Assembly (NCBI RefSeq): GCF_006345805.1
Contig: NW_021832965.1
Span: forward strand, 1 to 29,746
DNA length: 29,746 nucleotides
Origin: Octopus sinensis
Lineage: Eukaryota
Direction: 5' to 3'
The translations under genes and the position numbers were made by a program. The notes beneath the pieces were generated by a model. It did no database searches, was not told the DNA's origin, and saw only the letters and a program-made list of their open reading frames with translations. This document shows, in pieces, positions 9,322-21,213 of the stretch. Every line of letters begins with the position of its first letter. Position 1 is the first letter of the stretch.

Positions 9322-9484
9322 GAAGGGCGTCTTTCAGTTAATGTCATCCCAATCCACTCGCTAGGCTTTGATCGGCCCCAGGCTATACTAGAAGAGAATT
9401 GCCCAAGATGCCACGTAGTGGAACTGAACCCGGAACCATGTGATTGGGAAGCAAGCTCCTTACCACACAGCCACTCCTGCGCCT
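9322..9484 (-). mobile_element. SINE family A, 5' half
   Basis: Reverse complement begins ggcgcaggagtggctgtgtggtaaggagcttgcttcccaatcacatggttccgggttcagttccac. Confidence 0.9.
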
Positions 9485-9485
9485 A

Positions 9486-9500
9486 TATCTATCTATCTAA

Positions 9501-9567
<67 letters not shown>

Positions 9568-9590
9568 CCTGTCTATCTATCTATCTATCC
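9486..9590. repeat. (TATC)n microsatellite
   Basis: Directly visible. Confidence 0.95.
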
Positions 9591-11049
9591 TTATGTATCA
9601 TTGCTGCACACATGTGCATATAATTATAATATGAAAATTGATTTCTCTAGTTATTTATTTATTTATAATTCTCTTTTTTTATTCTGAAAAGAAAATTATG
9701 AGCAAAAAGCTTTTTAAAAGAGACATTTTTTAGTGAAATTTTCTGAAATAATAAGTGGAATATATAAAGTGGTCTTACACACACACACATGCACACATAT
9801 GCATATACACACACACACTCTCAACCTTCTCAAGCATTTACATACATACATCTATATACATACTCACACACACATATACACATATATATACATACATATA
9901 TAAGTTTAGTCGATTAAGTATAATTATGTGTAAGAATAATATGCATACACACACATAAAGATATATACATCGACGTTTATATATGCTGTGTGTGTGTGTG
10001 TGTGTGTGTGAGTGTGCATATACATCATGTCATTATAGTCGGTCTCATATGCTGTTTACTTTTTTGCATTTTAAGTACTTTCTTTAAACTGTTTTTAATT
10101 AGTTTTTAACTCATCTCAGAAATGCATAAATCTATTTACTTTGACACCATAAAATAGTTCTTACAGTGCCATACGTCATCTGCTCCTCTTCCAACCACCG
10201 TCGCCGCTACTGCCACCACCGTCGCCGCTACTGCCACCACCGCCACTACTACTTACACCACCGCTGCATGGATAATATTCAGTAGTCAGATTATCGTATT
10301 ATATGTTCACTGATGAAGTGGATATGTTAATCAAATATACGAAGGAAAAAATCGACATGCCTGAGTGGAATATCCTACGAACCGTATTGTAATACACTAC
10401 ACAAGTCTTAATAGATGCCCAGCGCAACTGACCGTTGCGAGAGCCACGCAGTGGTGACGCTACTGAGAACTGGCCAAAACGAAGGTGACGCGATAGACTA
10501 TATTATTCTAAACATTTCTTCTAAATACAAAGCTAAAGATTTCGAAAACACTCGCTCTTGCTTTCGATGGTGTAGTACAAAACGTACAAATATGTTCATT
10601 CTACCACAGATACATTAAGACAATATCAGACTCATTCCATATGCCATAGGGTAGGTGTGCACTGGATCTGGCTTTGATCGATAGGAATCAGTCAAAAGAG
10701 GAGTCAGTCATCACCAAATGGGTTGTCTGGGGTCCATTTGTTTCACATTCCGCTTCAGAATTTAGAACGGCGATCCACAACTGCGGCTCCCTGGGACGCA
10801 TGCAGCCTCCAAGCTCTATTCCTGCTGCTCTCAATGGTTTTCACTCTATAACTATAATAAATGTTTCTTTGATTACTTTGTGGTTTACTTATTTTGGTGC
10901 AGCCCCCTAAAAATATCCAGGTTTGGGGCTATGGTCCAGATATCAAAAAGCTTAAGAACGATTGGTTTACATCGTTACTCTCTCTTGGGAAATATATTAA
11001 GTTGATGATCTAAACGGTTCCCTAATTATTAATGGTGTTTTTGATAGTC

Positions 11050-11990
11050 AGGCCTGGCAATATAGTAAAAAATCTTGTTTTCCGACCATGCGGTTTGGGT
11101 TTCAGTCCCATTGTGCAAAACTTCGGGCAAGTAGTTTCTTATTTCTTTATTGCCCACAAGGGGCTAAACATAGAGGGGACAAACAAGGACAGACAAAGGG
11201 ATTAAGTCGATTACATCTACCCCTGTGCGTAACTGGTACTTAATTTATCGACCCCGAAGGGATGAAAGGCAAAGTCGACCTCGGCGAAATTTGAACACAG
11301 GACATAACAGCAGATGAAATGCCTATTTCTTTACTAGCCACAAGGGGGTAAACATAGAGAGGACAAACAAGGACAGACAAACGGTTTAAGTCGATTATAT
11401 CGGACCCCAGTGTGTAAATGGAACTTATTTAATCGACCCCGAAAGGATAAAATGCAAAGTCGACCTCGGCGGAATTTGAACTCAGAAAATATCGGCAGAC
11501 GAAATACCTATTTCTTTATTTTTTTACCGCTAAGTATTTCGCCCGGGGTGCTAACGCTTCTGTCAGCTCACCGCCTTCGGGTAAGAAGTTTCTGCTGCAG
11601 TCCCGGGACGACTAATGACTTGTGAGTAGATTTGGTAGACAGAAACTGAATGAATCCCATCGTATATATACATACAGACACACACATTTCTATATATACA
11701 TGTGGTGTGTGTGTGTGTGTGTGTGTGAGACTGTACTTGTACTTGTCGCACACCACCGCTTGACAACCATAGTCGGCTCGTTTACGTTTCCTTAACATTG
11801 CGGTTCGGCAAAAGAAAACGATAAAATAATATACCAGAATTCAAGAAAACAAAACAAAACAAAACAAGACAAAAAACAATTAGATCTGGGGTCGGGGTCG
11901 GGGTCGATTTGGTTGGCCAAACCCTTCAAGGCGATGCCCCAGCATGGCCAGCGTCCATTGACTTACGCTTATAAAAGACATAAGATCATA
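11050..11990 (+). mobile_element. SINE family A interrupted by a family B insertion
   Basis: Head at 11050-11139; the body resumes at 11575 and runs to the tail at ~11990. A 19-bp duplication flanks the insert: cttcgggcaagtagtttct (11121-11139) / cttcgggtaagaagtttct (11575-11593). Confidence 0.8.
11140..11575 (-). mobile_element. tRNA-derived SINE family B (octopus OK-like): one head plus tandem body units
   Basis: Head at 11525-11575 (ggcggtgagctgacagaagcgttagc), a 12-nt tail remnant at 11509-11520, and body units 11324-11508 and 11140-11323, each running from ggYatttcRtctgc to taaagaaata. Confidence 0.9.
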
Positions 11991-12491
11991 CACATTGTAA
12001 TCCAACCGATAGCACTTCAATTTTTACTTTAATTTCACTCTCCAAACATCATGGGCCCACGTCGCCAATAACAAAAAAAAAAAAAAAAAAAATCTCATTA
12101 TAATTACCATTCATATAATTTCCTTCAATATTTTCTTCTGATGACAGGCGGAGGTGGGGCTGCGGACTGAGACAGCAACGGAGGAAAAAACCGAACTAAA
12201 TTTATGTTATTTCACGCTGCCGAGTTCATATTTAACCATTCCTTCTTTTATCCTATTTTTTTTTATTGATGACACATTCCTTCCCCCCCCCTCCGTCTCA
12301 TCTAAGCGTCGTTGAGTTAAGGAGGTTCAATAAGAAATAATATTTACTTCCATCATAATTTCTCGCAGCGCGGCAAGAAGTATGCGATTGTTATCATCAT
12401 TGCTTTTAGGCGTAAATATATATATGATGGCGATGATGAACACTATCAGTCATTATCAGCGGCGTCCTTCGCCAACTTCTTTTTACTTTTT

Positions 12492-12492
<1 letters not shown>

Positions 12493-12537
<45 letters not shown>

Positions 12538-12608
12538 CCACCACCACCACACCACCACCACCACCATCATCATCATCAACATCAACAACCACCACCACAA
12601 TCATCAAC

Positions 12609-12641
<33 letters not shown>

Positions 12642-12767
12642 CTCATCATCATCCTCTCCATCACCTCCGAACACCACCATCAGCACCATGACCACCCATC
12701 ATCACCACCATCACCACCTCTATCACATCCCCACCACCATCACCACCACCACCACCACCACCATCGC

Positions 12768-12808
<41 letters not shown>

Positions 12809-13007
12809 CATCATCATCATCATCATCACCATCGTCATCAACACCACCACCACCATCATCATCCTCATCATCATCCTCTCCATCACCTCCGAACACCACC
12901 GTCAGCACCATGACCACCTATCATCACCACCATGACCACCTCCATCACATCCCCACCACTACCACCACAACCACCACCACCACCACCACCACCACCACCA
13001 CCATCGC

Positions 13008-13065
<58 letters not shown>

Positions 13066-13163
13066 TTCTTCTTCTTAGACGATGCTGCTGCTGTTGTTAA
13101 AGATACTGTTAATGTAATATTGAGAATATTAATAATCGTTATTATCATTATTATTAATCATTA

Positions 13164-13220
<57 letters not shown>

Positions 13221-13290
13221 TATTATTATTATTACTGTTGTTGTTGTTGTTATTGTTATTATGATTATTATTATCATCACCATTCTTATT
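12493..13290. repeat. ~800-bp compound trinucleotide array (CAT/CAC/ATT/GTT) with an internal ~230-bp duplication
   Basis: Directly visible; the markers cctctccatcacctccgaacaccacc and cacatccccaccac each recur 222 bp apart. Confidence 0.95.
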
Positions 13291-13704
13291 CTTATTGACT
13301 GCCATTTTGGCAATTATCCCAGGAATTCTACGATTGATAATTGGTCAAAAATTGGTCTTATATTTCAACAATATGAATATATCGTTTATGTTTAATTACT
13401 GGAAGTTGGTATGGCAGAAATGGTTGTTGTCAAAGAGTGTTGAAGAAAAAGCCAAAGAAAAAAAAATACAAATGATAATAGCAGCAAGAAGAACAACAGA
13501 AAAACAAAGAAAAACAATAAAATTTCTGAAGAAATTAACGTTTTTATGTATATTTCACGTATTATTGTACTTTCATTTTCCCCCTTTAATACGATACGAT
13601 ATAATTTTCTCATATCGCTCCAATGCTTCTAAGAGACATATTCTTCAATTAGCGATCGTTTCCCTACAATTAAACATCTAGGATGTTTTGCTATTTTTGT
13701 AGAA

Positions 13705-13850
13705 GTAGTAGTAGTAGCTGTTGTTGTACTAATAGTAATAGTGGATCAGGAGTTGATGATGATGATGATGATGATGACGATGTTGAAGATGATGATGGTG
13801 CTGATGATGATGTTAATGATGATGAAGATGACGGCGAGGAGGAAGGTGGG
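13705..13850. repeat. (GAT)n/(AGT)n low-complexity tract
   Basis: Directly visible. Confidence 0.85.
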
Positions 13851-14289
13851 TTTATAATTTTACGGAGGCGTAATAATAGCAATTTTAGTGTGGATTTTTT
13901 TTTTACTTCAGCAAAGAGTGACTGTATGCATACTAGTTTTCATTTTATATTTCTGTTTTTTTTTCTTATTTATAATTTTTGAGAGTTTGGAGTTCCGAGT
14001 TCGATCAGCAGTAGTTACGTCTTCGGACCTTTTGTAAAAGTGGGAAATGTATGAATCTTTTTTACACGATGGAATTGCGATAGTTAGTATAGACCAGAGA
14101 TGAGTTTATAAACTAGACACATACATAGACAAAGTACAAAGACTCTTGAAACAACTGAGTCGAGGCGGAGTAAGTTCAATTTCCGGGATGAACTTGTCAG
14201 CTGGCAGCATGAAAAAAGTAAGGCACAGAAAATATCCTGCCAGAGCAGAAAACTGGGAAGTTTAATATATGAAATGGGGAATTGAATTC

Positions 14290-14432
14290 ATGGGTAAGAT
14301 GTCTGCTTCATGACCTCAAGATCTCACATTCGATCTCAGTGCGTAGCAACATTGTGAAGTATCTTTTAGTATAACCATACGTGAACGGCAGTTCTGCGAG
14401 TGAAGTTGGATAGACGGAAATTGCAGAAGACG
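14290..14432 (+). mobile_element. Old, highly decayed SINE A-like copy
   Basis: gggtaagatgtctgcttc...ttcgatctcagtgcgtagcaac...gaagtatcttttagtataacc...gtgaagttggatagacggaaattgcagaagacggtcg follows the order of family A motifs. Confidence 0.45.
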
Positions 14433-14817
14433 GTCGGATGGCTTGCATCTATAAACCAGAATACCAGTTCCTTGCAAGCTGCGTCACGTTGGTTTCGTCT
14501 GAGGAATTCTCTATCACATACACTTGTGTTATTCTTAATCCCCATCTTAATGCAGAAATTGTGTTAGAACATAGAATACTGCGTTACTTAACTTGAGTAC
14601 TTAACATTATGTCGCTGACAGACTAGAATCGGTACTGTCAGATCACGTGATTTCAGCCTGCTATAGATTCCTCAGTGACAGCTGTCCAGCAGCGACATAA
14701 CAGCCGAATGACCCGAGATTTTTCAGTAGAGTCTTCAGAGATCGAACAGCTAGAATGCTCATAATATTTCCTACCTCAGGCACAAGACTTGACATATTTG
14801 GTGGGGGGTGAGGGGGC

Positions 14818-14945
14818 ATCGACCCAAGTACTCTTCTGGTATTCCGACCTCGTCTGAATTTGAACTCAGAACGTTAAGACGGACCAAGTGCTGCTAAGCA
14901 TTTTGCTAGGCGTCATAACAATTATGCTAGCCTACCGTCTCGCCG
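14818..14945 (-). mobile_element. SINE family B, decayed 5' part
   Basis: ccgacctcgtctgaatttgaactcagaacgt...gctaagcattttgc (B-box gagttcaaattc on the minus strand). Confidence 0.7.
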
Positions 14946-15102
14946 CTTTTTTTAATAATAACAGCGATATTGCTAATAAAAGCAAAAATAAAAACTACAA
15001 TAACAATCAACACATCGACTGAAAAAAATAAAACAATACATGAATTTTGACTCATTCAGTAACATAAAACTTTGAACCAAACGAAATATATTTAAGAATG
15101 TA

Positions 15103-15250
15103 GTGATGATGATGGTGAAAATGATGATGATGATGATGATGATGAGGAGGAGGAGGAGGAGGAGGAGGAGGAAGAACGTGAAGGTGATGAGGAGGAGAAG
15201 GTTAAGGAGCGGAGAGAAGAACAGTGACGACGAAGAAGATGATGAAGTAC
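15103..15250. repeat. (GAT)n(GAG)n low-complexity tract
   Basis: Directly visible. Confidence 0.9.
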
Positions 15251-15357
15251 ACAACATAATGAAAATATTTACAATAAAAAGAAAAAAACAATGAGACCAC
15301 ACAATGTAATAAATACTACAACTACTAGCAACAACAACAATACTTGTGTTTGTTGTT

Positions 15358-15600
<243 letters not shown>

Positions 15601-15820
15601 GGCGAGCTGGCAGAAACGTTAGCGCGAAATGCTTAGTGGTATTTCGTCTGTCGTTACGTTCTGAGTTCGAATTCCGCCGCGATTCACTTTGTCTTTCATC
15701 CTTTCGGGATCGATAAATAATGTACCAGTTTCGCACTGGGGTCGATGTAATCGACTTAATCCCTTTGTCTGTCCTGGTTTGTCCCCTCTATGTTTAGCCC
15801 CTTGTGGGTAGTAAAGAAAT
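15601..15820 (+). mobile_element. SINE family B, essentially full length
   Basis: A-box tggcagaaacg, B-box gttcgaattcc (15665), central tttcatcctttcgggatcgataaat block and tail tttagccccttgtgggtagtaaagaaat. Confidence 0.92.
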
Positions 15821-15845
15821 ATATATATATATGTATATTATTGAG

Positions 15846-15967
15846 CTCGAAAGAATGAAAGGCAAAGTCGACCTCGGTGGAATTTGAACTGAGAACGTAA
15901 ATCTGGGCGAAATGCCGCTAACCATTTTGCCCTATGTGCTAGCGATTCTGCCAGCTCGCCGCCTTAT
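15846..15967 (-). mobile_element. SINE family B, 5' half, inverted relative to the 15601 copy
   Basis: gaatgaaaggcaaagtcgacctcggtggaatttgaactgagaacg...ctgccagctcgccgcc. Confidence 0.88.
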
Positions 15968-16009
15968 ATAATTATATTAATAATATGTTTCAAATTTTGC
16001 TACAAGGGC

Positions 16010-16115
16010 AGTGGATTACTTCGACCCCAGTGCTCAAAAGGTACTTATTTTATCGACCTTGAAATGGACGAAAGGCAAAGAAGACCTCGGCGACATTAGA
16101 AATCAGAACGTGATG
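16010..16115 (-). mobile_element. SINE family B internal fragment
   Basis: cgaccccagtg...ggtacttattttatcgacc...gaaaggcaaagaagacctcggcg. Confidence 0.7.
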
Positions 16116-16205
16116 ATGGATGAAATGTTGCTGATAATAAGAATTGTAAGAAGCGAATGGATATCTGTAAAAGAACTCTGTCATAAATTATTTTAAAAAT
16201 GAGCT

Positions 16206-16607
16206 TACTCTTTTACTCTTTTACTTGTTTCAGTCATTTGACTGCGGCCATGCTGGAGCACCGCCTTCATCGAGCAAATCGACGCCAGGACTTATTCTTT
16301 GTAAGCCTAGTACTTATTCTATCAGTTTCTTTTGCCGAACCTCTAATGTTACAGGGACGTTAACACATCAGCATCGGTTGTCAAACGATGTTGGGGTGGA
16401 CGAACACAGACACACAGACATATACACACATACATATATATATATATAAATACATATATACGACAGGCTTCTTTCAGATTCCGTCTACTAAATCCACTCA
16501 CAAGGCCTTGGTCGGCCCGAGGCTATAGTAGAAGACACTTGCCTAAGGTGCCATGCATTGGGACTGAACCTAGACCCATGTGGTTGGTAAGCAAGCTACT
16601 TACCACA
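16206..16607 (-). mobile_element. SINE family A, full length
   Basis: (ttttactc)n tail, cagtcatttgactgcggccatgctggagcaccgcc...agaagacacttgcctaaggtgccatgcattgggactgaacc...agcaagctacttaccaca. Confidence 0.93.
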
Positions 16608-17814
16608 AGAAAAGATTATTTATGTTGCTTCAGTCTTATTAGTTGTGGGGTTTCGCGTTGTTTAAGCGCCTACTCCACCAGATAAGGTAGTGGAAAGTTT
16701 TGTGTTTAGACATATTCAACCGTTTATGGTATGGGTGTGAAACAGGCATTTGCATAGTGTACAAGCTTTGCGAGCTTGTTACTTAAGGAGTTATAAGAGT
16801 GTTAAAAACCTCACAGGTGCTGGCTTCTGTGTCAATATCGTAAAGAAAGGCGCCAGCAAATCATTTCCAAAAAAAAAAGAAAGAAAAAAAATAATAATAA
16901 AATAAATAAACGAAACTTTAAAGCAATGAAGAAATAAATATATACAAACATAGAATCAGTGTGATGTTTGTATGTAGATATTTTAAATACTCAATTGCAA
17001 ATTTAAGAAAGAAAAATAGAATGATGGGGGAAACATTAATTCGTGTATAAGAAAATATACAGTACAAATAATAGCAGTAATAACATCAAAAAGAACATTC
17101 CAGTTATGGTAAATATCGTGAGTCTAAATGCGACATTCTACCAGTCAATCTAATCAAAACGAGAAGAAATGGGTAATGTATGTCACAAAGGCAGTGCGTC
17201 TTTGCCCGACGAATATATCTAATAGGAGAATGATTACATAGTTCTGTATCTAATAAAAAACAGAGAGAACTTGTAATAGATGGTGCCAGCTCTGGCTGAT
17301 GCGTGATGCATCGACCTAGACAGAGCCTATGAGGATAGGTATGGGATTATTGTGATTGAGGTCGAAGTGAACAGACAGACAGAGCTACGGCCCTAGACAT
17401 CAGTCCTCACTCTGGTGCAGATGTACAGGGATTGCAGGGATACTAAGAACATGACTGAAAACATTGATAGTCACGGCATTGGGCTTGGTATTTCGTGACT
17501 TTTGCGCAACTGTATGGATACTTGGCGGGTAAGAATGAAACTTACTGCAGCATGCTTTAGGATACAATCTGAACACCTGGTGGTAAGAGTGTCCTTGAAT
17601 ATGTGAGCTTCATGAGTGATTGTAGTTGGCGGTATTAGGTCAGCATCATCCGTATATACACGTAGAATTCTATACTCTGCTACACAATGCGCACAGACAT
17701 TCATAGCTTCATCTCACTTTACTCCACCGCAAATTTTCCACTCCCATTCGACATTATGTAAACCTCTACACAAATTATAATCTATCTTTTAAATGCACCC
17801 ACTCACTTATCTGA

Positions 17815-18180
17815 CAGAAATCATCATTATCATCACTATGGGTATCATTTTCATCATCACCATCAGTATCATCCTTGTCGTTTGCATTATCATTATCATC
17901 ATCATTATCCTCTTCACCATCATCATCATCATTATCATCATCATCGTCATCATCGTCATCGCCATCGTCAGTCTCTTCTTCCTCGTCCTTTTACTCCCTC
18001 TTCTCTTCATCTTCCTCGTCTTCTTCCTCCCCCGTCTCGTCATCACCGTCATTGTCATCGCCCTCCCCCTCCTCCTTCTTTTATCACCGTGTCACAGATA
18101 TGCTGATCGTTTACATCAAATCTACGCAAGTATTCAACGTCTCTTTCTCCCCCCTCTCTCTCTCTCTCTCTCTCTCCACA
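17815..18180. repeat. (CAT)n/(CTT)n compound tract and (CT)n
   Basis: Directly visible; explains ORFs 17793..18212, 17807..18058 and their neighbours. Confidence 0.9.
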
Positions 18181-19034
18181 CACGCACATATAATTGTAAA
18201 TTTCTCCTGTGAATGCTGGAATTCGTATTGCTATATCGTTTAAAAGTATTCGCTCAGAAGCACTGCTCTCTTTACGTGAGATAGGGAGATCTCTCAGTGT
18301 ATCATACTGAAATTTACAAAAACACAGCTATTTTTCAAGTATCGTCTGCAAGCGAGCGGTCAAAAAAAATTCGCTAATAACGATGTCATCGGGGCTGACG
18401 TTTGACGCAGTAGGAATGATGCGATGCAGCCACTACAAATATGGCGGCGGTGATGCTCAACTTGTCGTCTGCCTTGATAAATTCGCTTGTCAAAGTAAAA
18501 AGAAACTTCTCCCGAAGGTCTTTTTTTTCGAGAAAATTTACAAAAAATATATGTACGTGTCATATTAACTCTGTCAACACCGGTAATGTCATGATGCAGC
18601 TTAGCAATGAAAGAAAACGGGAACAGGGAAAAGAACCATAAGAAGATGGGGAAAAATAACAGTAGCATTAAAAATTCAAAGAAATGTGGCAAGAAGAAGA
18701 GAAAATAACACAATATTCTGAGAAAAAAAAAACCCCATTGAAATGGAAGATGGAAAATAAAAAAATAATGATGTCAACAGCGACAGGTCCAACAAGAAAG
18801 ATGTTGAGAATGTCACCGGAAAGTTGAACGAAAAAGTGTCATAAATATCAACAACAGGAAAACAAATCAACAACGACCTCAAAAACAGGGAAAACAGTAA
18901 CAAGCCTAAAGAAGAAAACATCGTCACTAATAACTACAACAGCAACAACAATACAGAAAACATTTGCGACAATAACAACAACTTACATCTATTCACGTTC
19001 ATCACAGGTGTTTGGTTTCCCACCACCACCACAA

Positions 19035-19730
19035 AGCACTGTAAATCAATGATAAATGAATAATTGAACTTATAGTTAAAATAGGTTTCGTTCCGCGACC
19101 CCAAGTTGTACTAAGTATTATGGATGGCCGCGGGCGCGCTATTTTGTGGTCCTAGTGGTTTCTTCGACTGATCTCTTTTATCATAGACTAGCAGTATCGC
19201 CCGGCGTTGCTCGGGTTTGTTTCGACCCTTTAGAATTGGAATTTTTGAAAAGTAAAAATTTTGCATTATGTAGCTTGTTATTCTCTTTAAGTGAACATTT
19301 TTCTGGTTGAAATACACCGAAAAATGGCGACACAGCAGTAAAAAAATCATAAAAAATAGGGATTTCCATAGAAATAAAAGCACCTTTTTGATGTAATTAA
19401 TTTTTAGTGTTAACTTGGTCCAATTGGAAATTTTTCTTCTACGGAAGGAAGAGCAAGCCTTCATCTGTCATACTCTCAATGAGCCTACCGTATTATCTAG
19501 ATAAGTGATAAATCAATAATTGACCACATAGGAAAAATAAGTCTCATCCCGAGACCCCACGTTGCACCTTTTTGGATGATCACTGGGACGCTATTTTACG
19601 GTCCTCGTAGAATCTTTGATTGATTTTCGACCCCTATTATCATAGACCAATTTATGATAAGCGCAACACAGTTCACAATGAGCGTACCGTGTTACCTAGA
19701 TCAATGCTGAATTAACCAGTGGTAATCGAG
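19035..19730. repeat. Diverged ~200-bp tandem repeat (a little over two units), first unit interrupted by a Helitron fragment
   Basis: 19081-19187 aligns with 19537-19646 (gacccca.gttg..c...cgctatttt..ggtcct...atcataga); taccgt...ctagat recurs at 19497 and 19696 (period 199). Confidence 0.75.
19188..19477 (-). mobile_element. Non-autonomous Helitron, 3' end (5' end not identifiable)
   Basis: The minus strand ends cccgagcaacgccggg (hairpin, 19200-19215), 8 nt, CTAG, then T, which is the canonical Helitron 3' terminus. It interrupts a tandem-repeat unit and has no TSD. Confidence 0.75.
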
Positions 19731-20387
19731 GATAGATGAGAAATACAGCAATATTTTCCAAAGGTAGTAATTCCTAGATTCTACACTCGCCTTTCTTTAG
19801 AAACAAATATATGGGTGTAGAGAATAACAGAATAAGCCATCACTGGCGAGCGAGAGCGACTTTAAAACTTAAGCACTTATATGGAACTGATATTGGGTCC
19901 TCATTTTTGTCCCAGGAGCGTATCCAGGATGTGAAAACTGAAGAGAAAGTGAGATGCGTCAGGACACGATGGGTCGTCCTTTGCAGCCGAGTAGACTCAG
20001 CAACATTGTCTATTTAAAATAAATATTTTGAGGTATATTAGTACTGAGTCTTGACCTCAATTACTGTACGTCATTGTTGCTTATGATCTCAGTAGTTTAC
20101 AGCGAAAACTTTTACGTAATTATTCTCAGTCCTTCGGCACGTCATATACTTGCAACTTGTACAGCCACCATAGGAAGACAGGATAATTTAAAATGGGTAG
20201 TTTTTACTTTGTAAAATGATTGGGTAGAAGTGATCGGATGATTGGAAATGATTTAGCCCTTTCGAAACCAACCCACCCGTAGGCACCCTAAAATTATTTT
20301 GGTTAAGGTTACTGAACCACCCGTAGCCGTCCCAAATTAGAATTTCAGCGGAAATCTCGTTAGTGCACTCGTGAAAACTCACGCTTT

Positions 20388-20611
20388 CAAAAGTAGGTTT
20401 AGAATTATCACTTAGGCACTTTAAAATTCTTTTAAAATATTTTATTACATTTAAGTTTCTATCTTACAAACTGAAAAGGGAGTTTGATAAAATTAACTAA
20501 ATTAGCATAGAATAATGGTTTCGTTTTATTTTTTTATAAATAAGATCTAAACTGTTTATATACGAATGCGAAAGAGAGTTGAATAACTGTAAACCTACTT
20601 TGGGGCTACCT

Positions 20612-20614
<3 letters not shown>
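20388..20614. mobile_element. Possible decayed Tc1/mariner-type MITE
   Basis: caaaagtaggtttagaattat (20388-20408) is an imperfect inverted repeat of aataactgtaaacctactttg (20582-20602); the right end reads cacaaggtagccccaaagtagg on the minus strand. Confidence 0.35.
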
Positions 20615-20648
<34 letters not shown>

Positions 20649-20744
20649 GCATGTACAATTCACTTACACTGTCGGACACTATTCTACGTGACGAGATTAT
20701 TTCTCGTTCTCTCTAAAGCTTATAAAATTCTTATGACTTCAATT

Positions 20745-20814
<70 letters not shown>

Positions 20815-20840
20815 TTGTGTGTGCGTGTATACACGATGTT

Positions 20841-21086
20841 GGCGTGGCTGCGTGGTAAGAGGGTTCCTAATTACACAGTTCCTGGTTCAGTCCCACTGTG
20901 TACCACCTTGGGTAAGTATCTTCTACTATAACCTGGGGTCGACCAAAGCCTTGTAAGTGGATGTGGTTGACGGAAACTGAAAGAAACCCGTTGTTTATAC
21001 ATATATGTCTTTGTGTGTGTGTGTGTCTTTGTGTCTGTGCTCCCCCGCCCATCACCACTTAACAACTGGTGCTGGTGTGGTTACGT
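20841..21086 (+). mobile_element. SINE family A, 3'-truncated
   Basis: ggcgtggctgcgtggtaag...ggttcagtcccactgtgtaccaccttgggtaagtatcttctactata...ggaaactgaaagaaacccg. Confidence 0.9.
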
Positions 21087-21213
21087 GCTGGAGCGCCATC
21101 GTCTAATCTAGCAGGCATGTCAACATGAATATCCTTAGGGGTTAAACCCTTTTTTTCTGCACTTAATTGATAACACCACGATGCCAGATTGTGTTCATTT
21201 TCAAGAGAAGTCT

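Noticed and set aside
10191-10245. 21-bp tandem repeat ccaccgtcgccgctactgcca (about 2.5 copies) as a CRISPR-like array
   Set aside because: The units are contiguous with no spacers; it is an ordinary minisatellite in a eukaryotic context.
10308-10360. CTGATGAAG at ~10309 as a hammerhead core
   Set aside because: I found no stem II closure followed by GAAA-stem III-UH.
10415-10560. ORF start resembling a Tc1/mariner HTH (SHAVVTLLRTG...LNIS)
   Set aside because: The similarity is too weak, and no catalytic region or TIR is nearby.
12138-12195. CTGATGA at ~12138 as a hammerhead core
   Set aside because: No compatible stems I, II or III could be built.
12382-13395. 337-aa ORF with poly-S/H/T/I/Y runs
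   Set aside because: It is a stop-free frame through CAT/CAC/ATT trinucleotide arrays, with no domain or splice evidence.
15601-15680. tRNA-like sequence with A and B boxes (also the heads of the other SINEs)
   Set aside because: There is no complete cloverleaf, and it continues into a SINE body and tail, so it is a tRNA-derived SINE head and not a tRNA gene.
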